Assembly: GCA_017626295.1 (NCBI GenBank)
Contig: JAGAJB010000008.1
Span: 48,565 to 112,564 of the forward strand
Origin: Clostridia bacterium
GTDB lineage: Bacteria > Bacillota > Clostridia > Oscillospirales > Acutalibacteraceae
Reading direction: 5' to 3'
DNA length: 64,000 bases
The translations under genes were made by a program, and so were the position numbers. The notes under the pieces were generated by a model. That model saw only the letters and a list, made by a program, of their open reading frames with translations, was not told where the DNA came from and made no database searches. Positions 26,506 through 34,928 of the stretch are shown here, in pieces. The stretch's first letter is position 1. Each line of letters opens with the position of its first letter.

Positions 26506-26521
26506 CAATTATCTCTTTGAG
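26506..26521. repeat. attR core (CAATTATCTCTTTGAG) overlapping the rpsI stop codon
   Basis: Identical to 19217-19232. It contains the last four codons (S-K-R-stop) of rpsI. Confidence 0.8.
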
Positions 26522-26907
26522 AACTGGGGTGCACGACGAGCGCCTTTGAGACCGTATTTCTTTCTTTCTTTCATTCTGGGGTCTCTTGTAAGAAGGCCGG
26601 CTTTTTTGAGGATGGGACGAACATCGTCTTCAGACTGAAGAAGTGCTCTTGCAATACCGTGACGGATTGCACCTGCCTGACCTGTAACGCCACCGCCGTT
26701 TACACGGCAAACAACATCGTACTTTTCAACACTCTCTGTAAGAGCAAGAGGCTGACGAACGATAAGTTTGAGTGTTTCAAGACCGAAATAATCGTCGATA
26801 TCTCTGTCATTGATTGTAACCTTGCCTGTGCCGGGATATACACGAACACGAGCAACTGATTTTTTTCTTCTACCTGTGCCGTAGAAATATGCTTTGCTTT
26901 CGTACAT
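26509..26907 (-). CDS. rpsI: 30S ribosomal protein S9
   Basis: 132 aa: [14 protein letters not shown] ... [19 protein letters not shown] ... [17 protein letters not shown]. Confidence 0.95.
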   Translation of the reverse strand: MYESKAYFYGTGRRKKSVARVRVYPGTGKVTINDRDIDDYFGLETLKLIVRQPLALTESVEKYDVVCRVNGGGVTGQAGAIRHGIARALLQSEDDVRPILKKAGLLTRDPRMKERKKYGLKGARRAPQFSKR

Positions 26908-26925
26908 AATTAGTTGCCTCCTCCC

Positions 26926-27351
26926 TTAAAACTCTCTAACGATAGGCTTCTGAGCAGCCTGCTCGTGGTCAGCACCTGCGTAAACGCGAAGGCGTGCCAT
27001 AGCAGCTCTACCGATAGTGTTATCGGGAAGCATACCCTTAACTGCTTTCTGTACTGCAAATTCGGGTTTCTCATTCATAAGAGTACCGTATTTAACAGCT
27101 TTCATATGGCCAACGTAGCCTGTGTGATGGTAATAAATTTTGTCCTCAAGTTTGTTACCTGTGAGAACTACTTTTGCAGCGTTGATGATGATAACGCTGT
27201 CGCCGCAATCTGCGTGGGGAGCGAATGTGGGTTTGTGCTTACCGCGAAGAAGAACAGCAGCCTCAACAGCAACTTCGCCGAGAGTTCTGCCTGCTGCGTC
27301 AAGAACATACCACTGGCGCTCAGTTTTGCCTTTAGGCATATAAGTAGACAT
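26926..27351 (-). CDS. rplM: 50S ribosomal protein L13
   Basis: The start is set at the internal ATG (MSTYMPKGKTERQWYVLDA) preceded by GGAGG. The ORF-track start adds 21 non-conserved residues. Confidence 0.95.
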   Translation of the reverse strand: MSTYMPKGKTERQWYVLDAAGRTLGEVAVEAAVLLRGKHKPTFAPHADCGDSVIIINAAKVVLTGNKLEDKIYYHHTGYVGHMKAVKYGTLMNEKPEFAVQKAVKGMLPDNTIGRAAMARLRVYAGADHEQAAQKPIVREF

Positions 27352-27404
27352 AACAGTTACCTCCGATATAGTTTCGGGACATAAAAATCCCGCATTGCCT
27401 TGAT

Positions 27405-27433
27405 ATATTATCACAGCAATGCGGAGAAGTCAA
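27405..27433 (-). promoter_or_regulatory. sigma-A promoter of rplM-rpsI
   Basis: On the minus strand, TTGACT (27428-27433), 17-nt spacer, TAATAT (27405-27410). Confidence 0.6.
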
Positions 27434-27553
27434 CACTTTTTTTGAAAGATTTTTAAATACCAAACGCAAACTCGCGTTTCCTCGTTTTTTCTCGTTTTTT
27501 CATACGCTTTTCTCGCGAGGCAAATTCAAAAAAATATACAATAAAACCCAATT

Positions 27554-28972
27554 TCATTTGGCAAGTTTGCTATAATCTTTGACGATATCTATTCTGTTCT
27601 TAAGTCGCTTTTTGCGTTCGCGTTGTTTCTTGGTTGTAAGCAGTAACAAAATTATTACGATAACTATAATAATCACAATAACTATAAAGACTTTTGAACT
27701 CATTAGTTTTTCAAGCCAATTAAACATTGCCCAAAGGTGATTCTTCTTAACATCCGTCTGAGCAACCAAAGTAATATCGGCAATATCCACACCGTTATAA
27801 ACGAGTTTTGCTTTACCTATTACATCTCCCTGTTTTACAGGTGCTTTTACCTGTGTGGGAAAATCCTTTGAATACTCAACAGACATATCATCTATATTTA
27901 TATCGCTGTGAACAACTGCGGTAATATCACCTTGAGGAACAATTGCAACATAGTCCGAGCCTCTGCCGTATTTAACGGAGACTTCGCCTATGTTATAGGT
28001 TGAATCAGCAAGGACTTTCATTTCAACATTTGAAAAAGCCCATCTCAACATATAACGGCACATAAGGAAAGCGGTATTGCGTCTTTCCCCATCGGCAACA
28101 TATTGGTCATTACCTTTCATAGCGATTGAAATATATGTATAGCCGTTCTTTGTGGCGCTTGAAATAAGGCAACAGCCCGCCTTATCGGTAGTACCTGTTT
28201 TAAGACCTACCGCACCCTCGTAGAAATAATAAGAATAACTGTTAAGAAGCGGATTTGTGTTATAAAGATACCTTACTTCACTTTCATTTGTTTCGGGCAT
28301 GGTTTTGCCGTATTTAGAGGATATTTTTCTAATATGGTCATTCTGAAGGGCCGCTTTTGCTATAAGATACATATCGCTTGCGGTAGTACGGTTTTGAGTA
28401 TCGCTGTCAAAACCCGCAACATCCGAATCGTCAAGACCGTGAGCATTTGCAAAATGTGTATTCTTGCAACCCAAAGACTGCACGTAAGCATTCATTTCTG
28501 CAACGAAAGCGGCAGAATCACCGTTACCGAAGTACTCCGCCAACACCTGAGCCGCATCGTTAGCACTGGGCAAAAACAAACAGTAAAGGAGCATTTCAAA
28601 GGTTGTTTTCTCCCCGCCTTTAAGTCCTGCAATAGAACTGCCTGTACCCAACAAACTGTCAACTGCCTTTTGAGAGCAGGTAATAACCGTCTGTAAATCG
28701 TCACATTTCGAGAGTGCCACCATTGCCGTAACAATTTTAGTAAGTGAAGCAGGTGCGGTAATCATATCGGCATTTTTACTGTAAATTACAGTATCTGTAT
28801 CCGCATTTACAAGCAACGCAATATCAGTTTCATACTCGGGTGCATCAATATCATAGCAACCGTTTACGGTTTTAACTAAATTTTCATCCGCCTCTGCCCC
28901 ATAGGCAATTACGGAGTAAGGTAAAATTAACAATGCACAAATTATAAAAATCAGTAATTTTTTCATAGACAT
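27554..28972 (-). CDS. D-alanyl-D-alanine carboxypeptidase (class C low-MW PBP) with C-terminal membrane anchor
   Basis: Signal peptide, SxxK (ASLTKIV), SxN (SANDAA), KTG (LKTGTT), and a C-terminal TM plus basic tail. Confidence 0.85.
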   Translation of the reverse strand: MSMKKLLIFIICALLILPYSVIAYGAEADENLVKTVNGCYDIDAPEYETDIALLVNADTDTVIYSKNADMITAPASLTKIVTAMVALSKCDDLQTVITCSQKAVDSLLGTGSSIAGLKGGEKTTFEMLLYCLFLPSANDAAQVLAEYFGNGDSAAFVAEMNAYVQSLGCKNTHFANAHGLDDSDVAGFDSDTQNRTTASDMYLIAKAALQNDHIRKISSKYGKTMPETNESEVRYLYNTNPLLNSYSYYFYEGAVGLKTGTTDKAGCCLISSATKNGYTYISIAMKGNDQYVADGERRNTAFLMCRYMLRWAFSNVEMKVLADSTYNIGEVSVKYGRGSDYVAIVPQGDITAVVHSDINIDDMSVEYSKDFPTQVKAPVKQGDVIGKAKLVYNGVDIADITLVAQTDVKKNHLWAMFNWLEKLMSSKVFIVIVIIIVIVIILLLLTTKKQRERKKRLKNRIDIVKDYSKLAK

Positions 28973-29090
28973 TCACCGTTAAATGTTATAGAATATATAT
29001 TAAGTTATATTATTTAAATTAAAGTATATACATTATACCATTCTTTTCGACAGATTTAAATACCATTTCACAAAAAAGGAGAACAAAATT

Positions 29091-29786
29091 ATGGTTTTTG
29101 TAACCGGTGACACACACGGCGATCCCAACAGACTTTCTAAAAATGTTCTGAAAAATCTTAATGAGGGGGACACTCTCATTGTTTGCGGTGATTTCGGCTT
29201 TATCTGGGATAAATCAAAAGCAGAGCAAAAGTTTCTTAAATCACTTTCTAAGAGAAAATATAATATCTGCTTTATAGACGGAACACACGAAAACTTTGAT
29301 TTACTCAACGCCTACCCTTTGACCATCTGGAACGGCGGAAAAGTTCATCAGATTTCCGATAATATATTTCACCTTATGCGCGGTCAGGTTTTTGAAATAG
29401 ACGGTCTCAAAATCTTTACAATGGGTGGCGGTGAAAGTCCTGACCTTGATTCACGAATAGAGGACAACCCCTGGTTAAAGTATGAGATTCCCTCAAAAGA
29501 AGATTTGCTTGAGGGTGCGGCAAATTTAGAAAAGCACGACTGTAAAATAGACGTTATCATAACACACGAGCCGTCCACAACCATAAAAGGCTTTTTAAAA
29601 CTCGGTGAAAGCGATGCTGTAAGAGTTACAACGCTTAACGCATATTTTGATGAATTATCAAAATGCAGTGAATTCAAGCGGTGGTTCTTCGGAAGTTTAC
29701 ACCTTGATAAGTACATTTCAAACACATACATCGGTGTTCACAAAGCAGTTGTGAACGCACACACAGGTGAAAGAGTATTTTTCTAA
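29091..29786 (+). CDS. metallophosphoesterase family protein
   Basis: VFVTGDTHGD, VCGDFG and GTHEN motifs of calcineurin-like phosphoesterases. Confidence 0.75.
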   Translation: MVFVTGDTHGDPNRLSKNVLKNLNEGDTLIVCGDFGFIWDKSKAEQKFLKSLSKRKYNICFIDGTHENFDLLNAYPLTIWNGGKVHQISDNIFHLMRGQVFEIDGLKIFTMGGGESPDLDSRIEDNPWLKYEIPSKEDLLEGAANLEKHDCKIDVIITHEPSTTIKGFLKLGESDAVRVTTLNAYFDELSKCSEFKRWFFGSLHLDKYISNTYIGVHKAVVNAHTGERVFF

Positions 29787-29806
29787 ACAGTAGAGTGGGT
29801 AAAATG

Positions 29807-29846
29807 AAAAAACAACTTGGTTTTCAAAAAGCCAAGTTGTTTTTTG
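29807..29846. terminator. bidirectional rho-independent terminator
   Basis: AAAAAACAACTTGG-loop-CCAAGTTGTTTTTT between convergent genes. Confidence 0.8.
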
Positions 29847-29981
29847 TTATTTATTCATCCTTTATTCCAAACATAAGTTTGAGAAAACCTCTTAAAAATT
29901 TAGGACTGCGATATACAACGACTTTCACAAGACCACCCCTTATGTAGATTTACTACATAATATGAGTCCCGTAAAAATGTG

Positions 29982-30869
29982 TTACAACTGCCAATCCTTT
30001 AAATCTTTTACATCGTTATACATTGAAATATAACTCTCGTGGCGGTTTTTATCAATCAAGCCATTCTTAAGAGCATCAAGGATAACGCATCCCTTTTCAA
30101 CTGTATGGGAACAAGAAGTAAATTTACATTTACCTAAATAATCCTGAAACTCGGGGAAACAGAAAGGAAGATTTTCTTTGAGTATAACCTCACTGCTCTG
30201 CTCAATATCCAGCGAAGAAAAACCGGGAGTATCCGCAACTAAACCGTTGCCGATATGGTAAAGAGTTACTTCCCTTGTTGTGTGTCTGCCTCTGCCTAAT
30301 TTGTCGCTTATTTCACCTGTAGCCAATGAAAAGCGTTCATCAATACAGTTAAGAAGTGATGATTTACCCACACCCGTATTGCCTGTGAAAACGGTAATAC
30401 CGTCGCCTATCATTTCTTTTACGGCTTCAATCCCCTCGCCTGTTTTACAGCAAACGGATGCTACTTCAATACCTGCTTTTTTATAAACCTCTTCGTACTC
30501 GGAAGTATCTCCTAAATCGCTTTTAGAGAACACAACGCAAGGTTTTATGCCTTTATCCACAGCAATAGCCGTCATTTTATCAATAACCAATAAACTGGGC
30601 ACAGGCTCTTTTATTGATGAAACTATTATAAGTGTATCAATATTAGCAACAGGCGGTCTAAGTAAAAAATTCTTCCTGTCGCTTATTTCGTCTATTGTAT
30701 TTTCGCGCCCCTCTCTGACGGTAATGGTAACGTTATCGCCTGCAAGAGGAGTGATTTTTTTCTTTCTGAAGGCTCCGCGAGCCTTACATTCATAAACTTC
30801 GCCGGCGGCTTCCACATAATAGAAACCGCCGATACCTTTAATTATAATGCCGTTTAAAACTTGCTCCAT
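29982..30869 (-). CDS. rsgA: ribosome small-subunit-dependent GTPase A
   Basis: The start is set at the internal ATG (MEQVLNGIIIKGIGGFYYV), 1 nt after the prkC stop. Circularly permuted GTPase motifs (FSKSDL, GNTGVGKSSLLN) and a C-terminal zinc-finger Cys cluster are present. Confidence 0.9.
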   Translation of the reverse strand: MEQVLNGIIIKGIGGFYYVEAAGEVYECKARGAFRKKKITPLAGDNVTITVREGRENTIDEISDRKNFLLRPPVANIDTLIIVSSIKEPVPSLLVIDKMTAIAVDKGIKPCVVFSKSDLGDTSEYEEVYKKAGIEVASVCCKTGEGIEAVKEMIGDGITVFTGNTGVGKSSLLNCIDERFSLATGEISDKLGRGRHTTREVTLYHIGNGLVADTPGFSSLDIEQSSEVILKENLPFCFPEFQDYLGKCKFTSCSHTVEKGCVILDALKNGLIDKNRHESYISMYNDVKDLKDWQL

Positions 30870-30870
30870 T

Positions 30871-33114
30871 TTATTGTTCCTGTATATTAGAATCAGTATT
30901 GGGTTGTGGTGCTTCGGTTGTTTCAGCCGCAGCAACCGATAAAACGATAGTTGCAGTTTTATCGAGATTCGGTGCTGACGAATATGAGGGCGACTGACCT
31001 ACAACCGTTCCGGGATTTTCATTGCTTTGAATTTCCACAAAGGAAATGTTATAGTAACCCGCCTTATTCAATGCCGCCACTGCCTCACTTTGTGTAAGAC
31101 CTACAACGTTTACATAGAAAGCAATATCATAAGTTTTTTCCATTGAAACGCTTGCAGGCTCTTTTGTAAAGTTTACAAATGCCTCGTAGTAAAGTTTATC
31201 GTTAATATAAACTTTTAACGTTGATACTGCCCCTTCTCCGCTTACGGAGAATGTGTATTTATTGTTATTATTTGTATCTACCGATTCTTTTATAACAACA
31301 TTATCGTCAAGAGAAACTTCTACATCAACATAGCCTATTCGTGAGGGCAATGTTATTGTTTTCTGCAACTTAACTTTACCGGAACTTACTGTAAGGATAA
31401 CTCCGTCACCTTTCTGAACAGGTGAACCCTCGGCAGGTGACTGCATAACTACCCTGTCTTTTTCAACAGTGCTGTCCACAACCTCTGTTTTACTTAATGT
31501 AAGTTCGTATTTTTGAAGTATTTGTTGTGCTTCTGCAAGTGTTTTACCCGAAAGGTCGGGCATTTTAAAGAGGTTACCCAAATCTTCCGCAGCGGAATAA
31601 TAAACAGTAACGTTAGAACCTGCAAGCACGCTAGAACCTGCGGCAGGGTCTGTTTTTATAACCGAGCCCACTTCAAGTTCCGAATCAGTTGACGGAACAG
31701 CAGTTACCTTAAATCCCATAGACTCAAGAGAATTGCAGGCTTTCTTATAATTTTCGCCCTGAAATTCGGGAATAACCTGGCCCTCGCCTGATTTCGCAAT
31801 ATAGAGCCGTATTGTGTAACCTTTTACAACTTCCGAACCTGCTTCGGGGTCTTGCTTGAAAACGCAACCCTCTTTACCGTCTGTAAAAGGTTCGTAAGAA
31901 ATTTCAAAATTAAACTTATCTTCGTACTCTTCGTTACCTTCAATTTCTTCAAGGTAATTCATACCTAAAAAATTATCAACTTCAACTTTTTTACCTACGC
32001 CCAAAGTAATTGAGCCGTTTTTAAGCATAGATGCCAGAAGAATAATTATAAAAATAATTAAAGCAACCGCAATGCCTGCTATAACCGCAACAACCTTTGT
32101 ATTAACACGTTTGGCAGGAACAATATCCTGAACCGTGTCAACGGTTTTAACGTTGGTGTTATCGAGTTTTTTTCTTACGTCTGTTGCCGGGGGAACTGTT
32201 TTAACAGTTTGTGTATCGCTGATTTTGTTTACAAATCTTGTGGGTTGGTCATCAACAAAATATGTAAGATAATCAAATTTAATGTTAGGATTACGTTTGA
32301 GTTCTTCAAGGTCAAGAAGAAGTTCCGCCGCACTCTGATACCTGTCGCGTGTATTCTTCTGCATTGCTTTCATTGTAATCTGCTCAAAACCAACGGGAAT
32401 ATCCGCATTTATGGTACGCGGAAGAGCCGCTTCGTTATTAACCTGCATAAGAGCAACCGAAACTGCGCTATCAGCATCGAAAGGAAGTTTGCCTGTCAAC
32501 ATTTCATAAAGAACGACACCTACGGAATAAATATCCGCCTTTTCGTCGGTAAACTCACCTTTCGCCTGTTCGGGACTAATGTAATGCACCGAACCGATGG
32601 CTTTTTCGGTCATAGTGCGTGTTTCACCGTGGCTGAAACGGGCAATACCAAAGTCCGCAACTTTAATAGTGCCGTCTTCAAGGAGCATAATATTCTGCGG
32701 TTTAACATCCCTGTGAACAATGCCTTTATCGTGGGCGTGTTGCAAGGCTTTCAATATCTGAATAACGAAGAAAAGGGCTTCTTTCCAATCAAGCGCGCCG
32801 TGTTCTTCGATATATTCTTTAAGGGTAATGCCCTCAATATATTCCATTACAATGTACTGTAATCTGTCACCAAAACTAACGTCAAAAACCTTAACAATAT
32901 TTTTATGTGACATTACCGCAATCGCTTTAGACTCATTTTTAAATCTACGGCGAAATTCCTCGTTAGCAAGGTATTCCTCTTTAAGAATTTTTACGGCAAC
33001 AATTCTGTCATCAATATTATCATAGGCTTTATAGACAACTGCCATACCGCCTACACCGATAACATCCTGAATTTCATACCTACCGTCAAGTCGTTTTCCT
33101 ACATAATTTTCCAT
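30871..33114 (-). CDS. prkC: Ser/Thr protein kinase with PASTA repeats
   Basis: Hanks kinase motifs (GVGGMAVVYKA, HRDVKPQN, DFGIA, SPEQ), a TM segment, then PASTA-like repeats. Confidence 0.9.
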   Translation of the reverse strand: MENYVGKRLDGRYEIQDVIGVGGMAVVYKAYDNIDDRIVAVKILKEEYLANEEFRRRFKNESKAIAVMSHKNIVKVFDVSFGDRLQYIVMEYIEGITLKEYIEEHGALDWKEALFFVIQILKALQHAHDKGIVHRDVKPQNIMLLEDGTIKVADFGIARFSHGETRTMTEKAIGSVHYISPEQAKGEFTDEKADIYSVGVVLYEMLTGKLPFDADSAVSVALMQVNNEAALPRTINADIPVGFEQITMKAMQKNTRDRYQSAAELLLDLEELKRNPNIKFDYLTYFVDDQPTRFVNKISDTQTVKTVPPATDVRKKLDNTNVKTVDTVQDIVPAKRVNTKVVAVIAGIAVALIIFIIILLASMLKNGSITLGVGKKVEVDNFLGMNYLEEIEGNEEYEDKFNFEISYEPFTDGKEGCVFKQDPEAGSEVVKGYTIRLYIAKSGEGQVIPEFQGENYKKACNSLESMGFKVTAVPSTDSELEVGSVIKTDPAAGSSVLAGSNVTVYYSAAEDLGNLFKMPDLSGKTLAEAQQILQKYELTLSKTEVVDSTVEKDRVVMQSPAEGSPVQKGDGVILTVSSGKVKLQKTITLPSRIGYVDVEVSLDDNVVIKESVDTNNNNKYTFSVSGEGAVSTLKVYINDKLYYEAFVNFTKEPASVSMEKTYDIAFYVNVVGLTQSEAVAALNKAGYYNISFVEIQSNENPGTVVGQSPSYSSAPNLDKTATIVLSVAAAETTEAPQPNTDSNIQEQ

Positions 33115-33116
33115 AC

Positions 33117-33854
33117 TTACTCTCCTTGAACATCAGCAACAAGCAGTACCACCGTTATATTATCACGGCCACCGGATGCTATTGCCTTTTCTACAAGTTT
33201 TTCGGCTGAGGAATCACCGTATTCTTTTATAACTCCAAATATATCTCCATCTTCCACACAGCCGTTTAAACCGTCTGTGCAAAGAAGAAGGCTTTTATCA
33301 TCATCGACATCAACAATATCAAACTCAACATCCACAAAACTCAATATACCTACTGCTCGGGTTATTATATTTCTGTCGGGATGCTTCTTTGCTTCGTCTT
33401 CTGTAATTTTACCCGTATCTATCATAAGTTGAACGAGAGAGTGGTCCTTTGTAACACAAGATATGCCGTCACTTAAAAGATAAGCACGGCTGTCACCGAC
33501 GTGAGCAATTACGGCAACACCTTTTATAACCAAAACAGCAACAACAGTTGTGCCCATTCCGCTGAGTTCTCTGTCCTTCTGAGCCTCATCAAAAACCGCT
33601 GAGTTTGCAGCACAAATAGCGGAATTAAGAAGATTCTGAGCCGCTTTTACGGTCATATTGTCACGGTAACCGCGCTTGATAGCCTCGTAAGTTTTTTCAA
33701 CACAAATTTTACTTGCTATCTGACCGCCTGAAACACCGCCCATACCGTCGCAAACTACTGCCCAGGTATCGCCTGTTTCAAAAGTACCTGCCAGGAAAGC
33801 ATCCTGATTAGATTCCCTGTAAGGACCTATATCCGTTTTAGCCAATATTTTCAC
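33117..33854 (-). CDS. stp: PP2C-family Ser/Thr phosphatase
   Basis: RESNQDA, CDGMGG, TDGL and DNITVV motifs. It lies upstream of prkC. Confidence 0.9.
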   Translation of the reverse strand: MKILAKTDIGPYRESNQDAFLAGTFETGDTWAVVCDGMGGVSGGQIASKICVEKTYEAIKRGYRDNMTVKAAQNLLNSAICAANSAVFDEAQKDRELSGMGTTVVAVLVIKGVAVIAHVGDSRAYLLSDGISCVTKDHSLVQLMIDTGKITEDEAKKHPDRNIITRAVGILSFVDVEFDIVDVDDDKSLLLCTDGLNGCVEDGDIFGVIKEYGDSSAEKLVEKAIASGGRDNITVVLLVADVQGE

Positions 33855-33878
33855 GGTGTTTCACCTCTCTTCAACAAT

Positions 33879-34922
33879 TTATTTATTATCTTCTTTAATC
33901 TTCTCACGCCTCAACTGACCGCAAGAAGCATTTATATCCGAACCCAGTGTTCGCCTTACGGTAACCGCCAAGCCGTTCTTTTCAAGAATTGATTTAAACT
34001 GAACAATACTGTTATCCGTACTTCGTTCGTGACCTTTTTCGGGAACTTCGTTTGCAGGGATAAGGTTCACGTGGCAAAGTATACCTTTAAGGCGTTTTGA
34101 AAGTTCCTCGGCACATTCGGGGGTATCATTGACACCTTTCATCATTGCGTATTCAAAGGAAATACGCCTTGATGTCTCCTCGCCGTAAGTTTTGCAGGCA
34201 TTCAGTAACTCGTCAATATCCCAACTTTTGTTAACAGGCATAATTTTCGAACGTATTTCGTTATTGGGGGCGTGCAAAGAAACCGATAAAGTTAACTGTA
34301 AGCGTTTATCCAAAAGGTCGTATATACGCGGAACTATTCCGCTTGTGGAAAGGGAAATATGACGCATACCGATATTAAGTCCGCGCTCGTCACTAACAAG
34401 CTCCAAAAAGCGCATAACGTTATCGAAATTGTCAAGAGGTTCGCCCATACCCATAAGAACAATTCTGGAAATACGAAGAGATAAATCCCTTTGTGCCGTA
34501 TAAATCTGGCTGAGCATTTCTGACGGAGTCAACTGCCTTTTGAAACCGCCTATACCCGATGCGCAAAAAGCACACCCCATTTTACACCCTACCTGAGTTG
34601 AAATGCAAATAGTGTGACCGTATTTATAATCCATTACTACACACTCAAGGTACTCACCGTCAGGCAATGAAAAAAGGTACTTCACTGTACTATCATACCG
34701 CGAAACGAGTTTTTTTTCAATAGTACAGGCAAATATTACAAAATTGTCATTTAATTTTTTTATTAAATCCTTTGAAATATTAGTCATTTCTTCAAAGGAA
34801 GTTACGCATTTTTTATGTAGCCAATCATAAATCTGAGTGGCTCTGAATTTCGGTAAACCCATTTCGCCCAGTTCTTTTGAAAGTTCTTCGAAACTCATTG
34901 AAACTATATCTTTTTTCTCCAT
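33879..34922 (-). CDS. rlmN: 23S rRNA (adenine2503-C2)-methyltransferase, radical SAM
   Basis: QVGCKMGCAFCASG cluster motif and C-terminal DINASCGQL. Confidence 0.9.
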   Translation of the reverse strand: MEKKDIVSMSFEELSKELGEMGLPKFRATQIYDWLHKKCVTSFEEMTNISKDLIKKLNDNFVIFACTIEKKLVSRYDSTVKYLFSLPDGEYLECVVMDYKYGHTICISTQVGCKMGCAFCASGIGGFKRQLTPSEMLSQIYTAQRDLSLRISRIVLMGMGEPLDNFDNVMRFLELVSDERGLNIGMRHISLSTSGIVPRIYDLLDKRLQLTLSVSLHAPNNEIRSKIMPVNKSWDIDELLNACKTYGEETSRRISFEYAMMKGVNDTPECAEELSKRLKGILCHVNLIPANEVPEKGHERSTDNSIVQFKSILEKNGLAVTVRRTLGSDINASCGQLRREKIKEDNK

Positions 34923-34928
34923 AATTCC

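Larger units (their letters stand above)
19217..26521. mobile_element. 7.3-kb integrated element, phage-satellite-like (PICI/SaPI-type architecture), inserted at the rpsI 3-prime end
   Basis: It is bounded by a perfect 16-bp direct repeat. Content is int, an XRE repressor, divergent cro-like and xis-like genes, a primase-polymerase/VirE ATPase, an origin-like iteron region and eight small genes. There are no virion, lysis, conjugation or transposase genes. Confidence 0.75.

Noticed and set aside
19217-26521. Alternative readings of the island as a complete prophage, an ICE/IME or a transposon
   Set aside because: At 7.3 kb with no capsid, tail, lysis or large terminase genes it cannot be an autonomous prophage. 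There is no relaxase, coupling protein or T4SS for an ICE or IME, and no transposase or terminal inverted repeats. A decayed prophage remnant remains possible. The perfect att repeats, the intact int/xis/repressor/primase genes and the tight operon structure argue against heavy decay.
27389-27424. 9-bp inverted repeat (CCGCATTGC ... GCAATGCGG) upstream of rplM, initially considered as an L13-leader-type regulatory hairpin
   Set aside because: The distal half lies inside the 17-nt spacer of the predicted rplM promoter, upstream of the likely transcription start. The hairpin therefore would not exist in the mRNA. I cannot confirm an Rfam L13 leader without a covariance-model search.
27471-27519. 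Tandem CTCGTTTTTT x2 and the palindrome CTCGCGAG between the dac gene and the rplM promoter
   Set aside because: There are only two short units and no spacer/repeat periodicity, so this is not CRISPR-like. The potential stem has a loop of about 35 nt. It is most simply low-complexity intergenic DNA, perhaps a weak terminator for the dac gene.
32209-32862. 217-aa plus-strand ORF inside prkC
   Set aside because: It is antisense to the kinase domain, which carries unmistakable Hanks motifs. It is a typical shadow ORF of an AT-rich coding region. The same reasoning applies to the other short overlapping ORFs in the track, for example 26914-27384, 11260-11706, 43987-44370 and 59468-59917.
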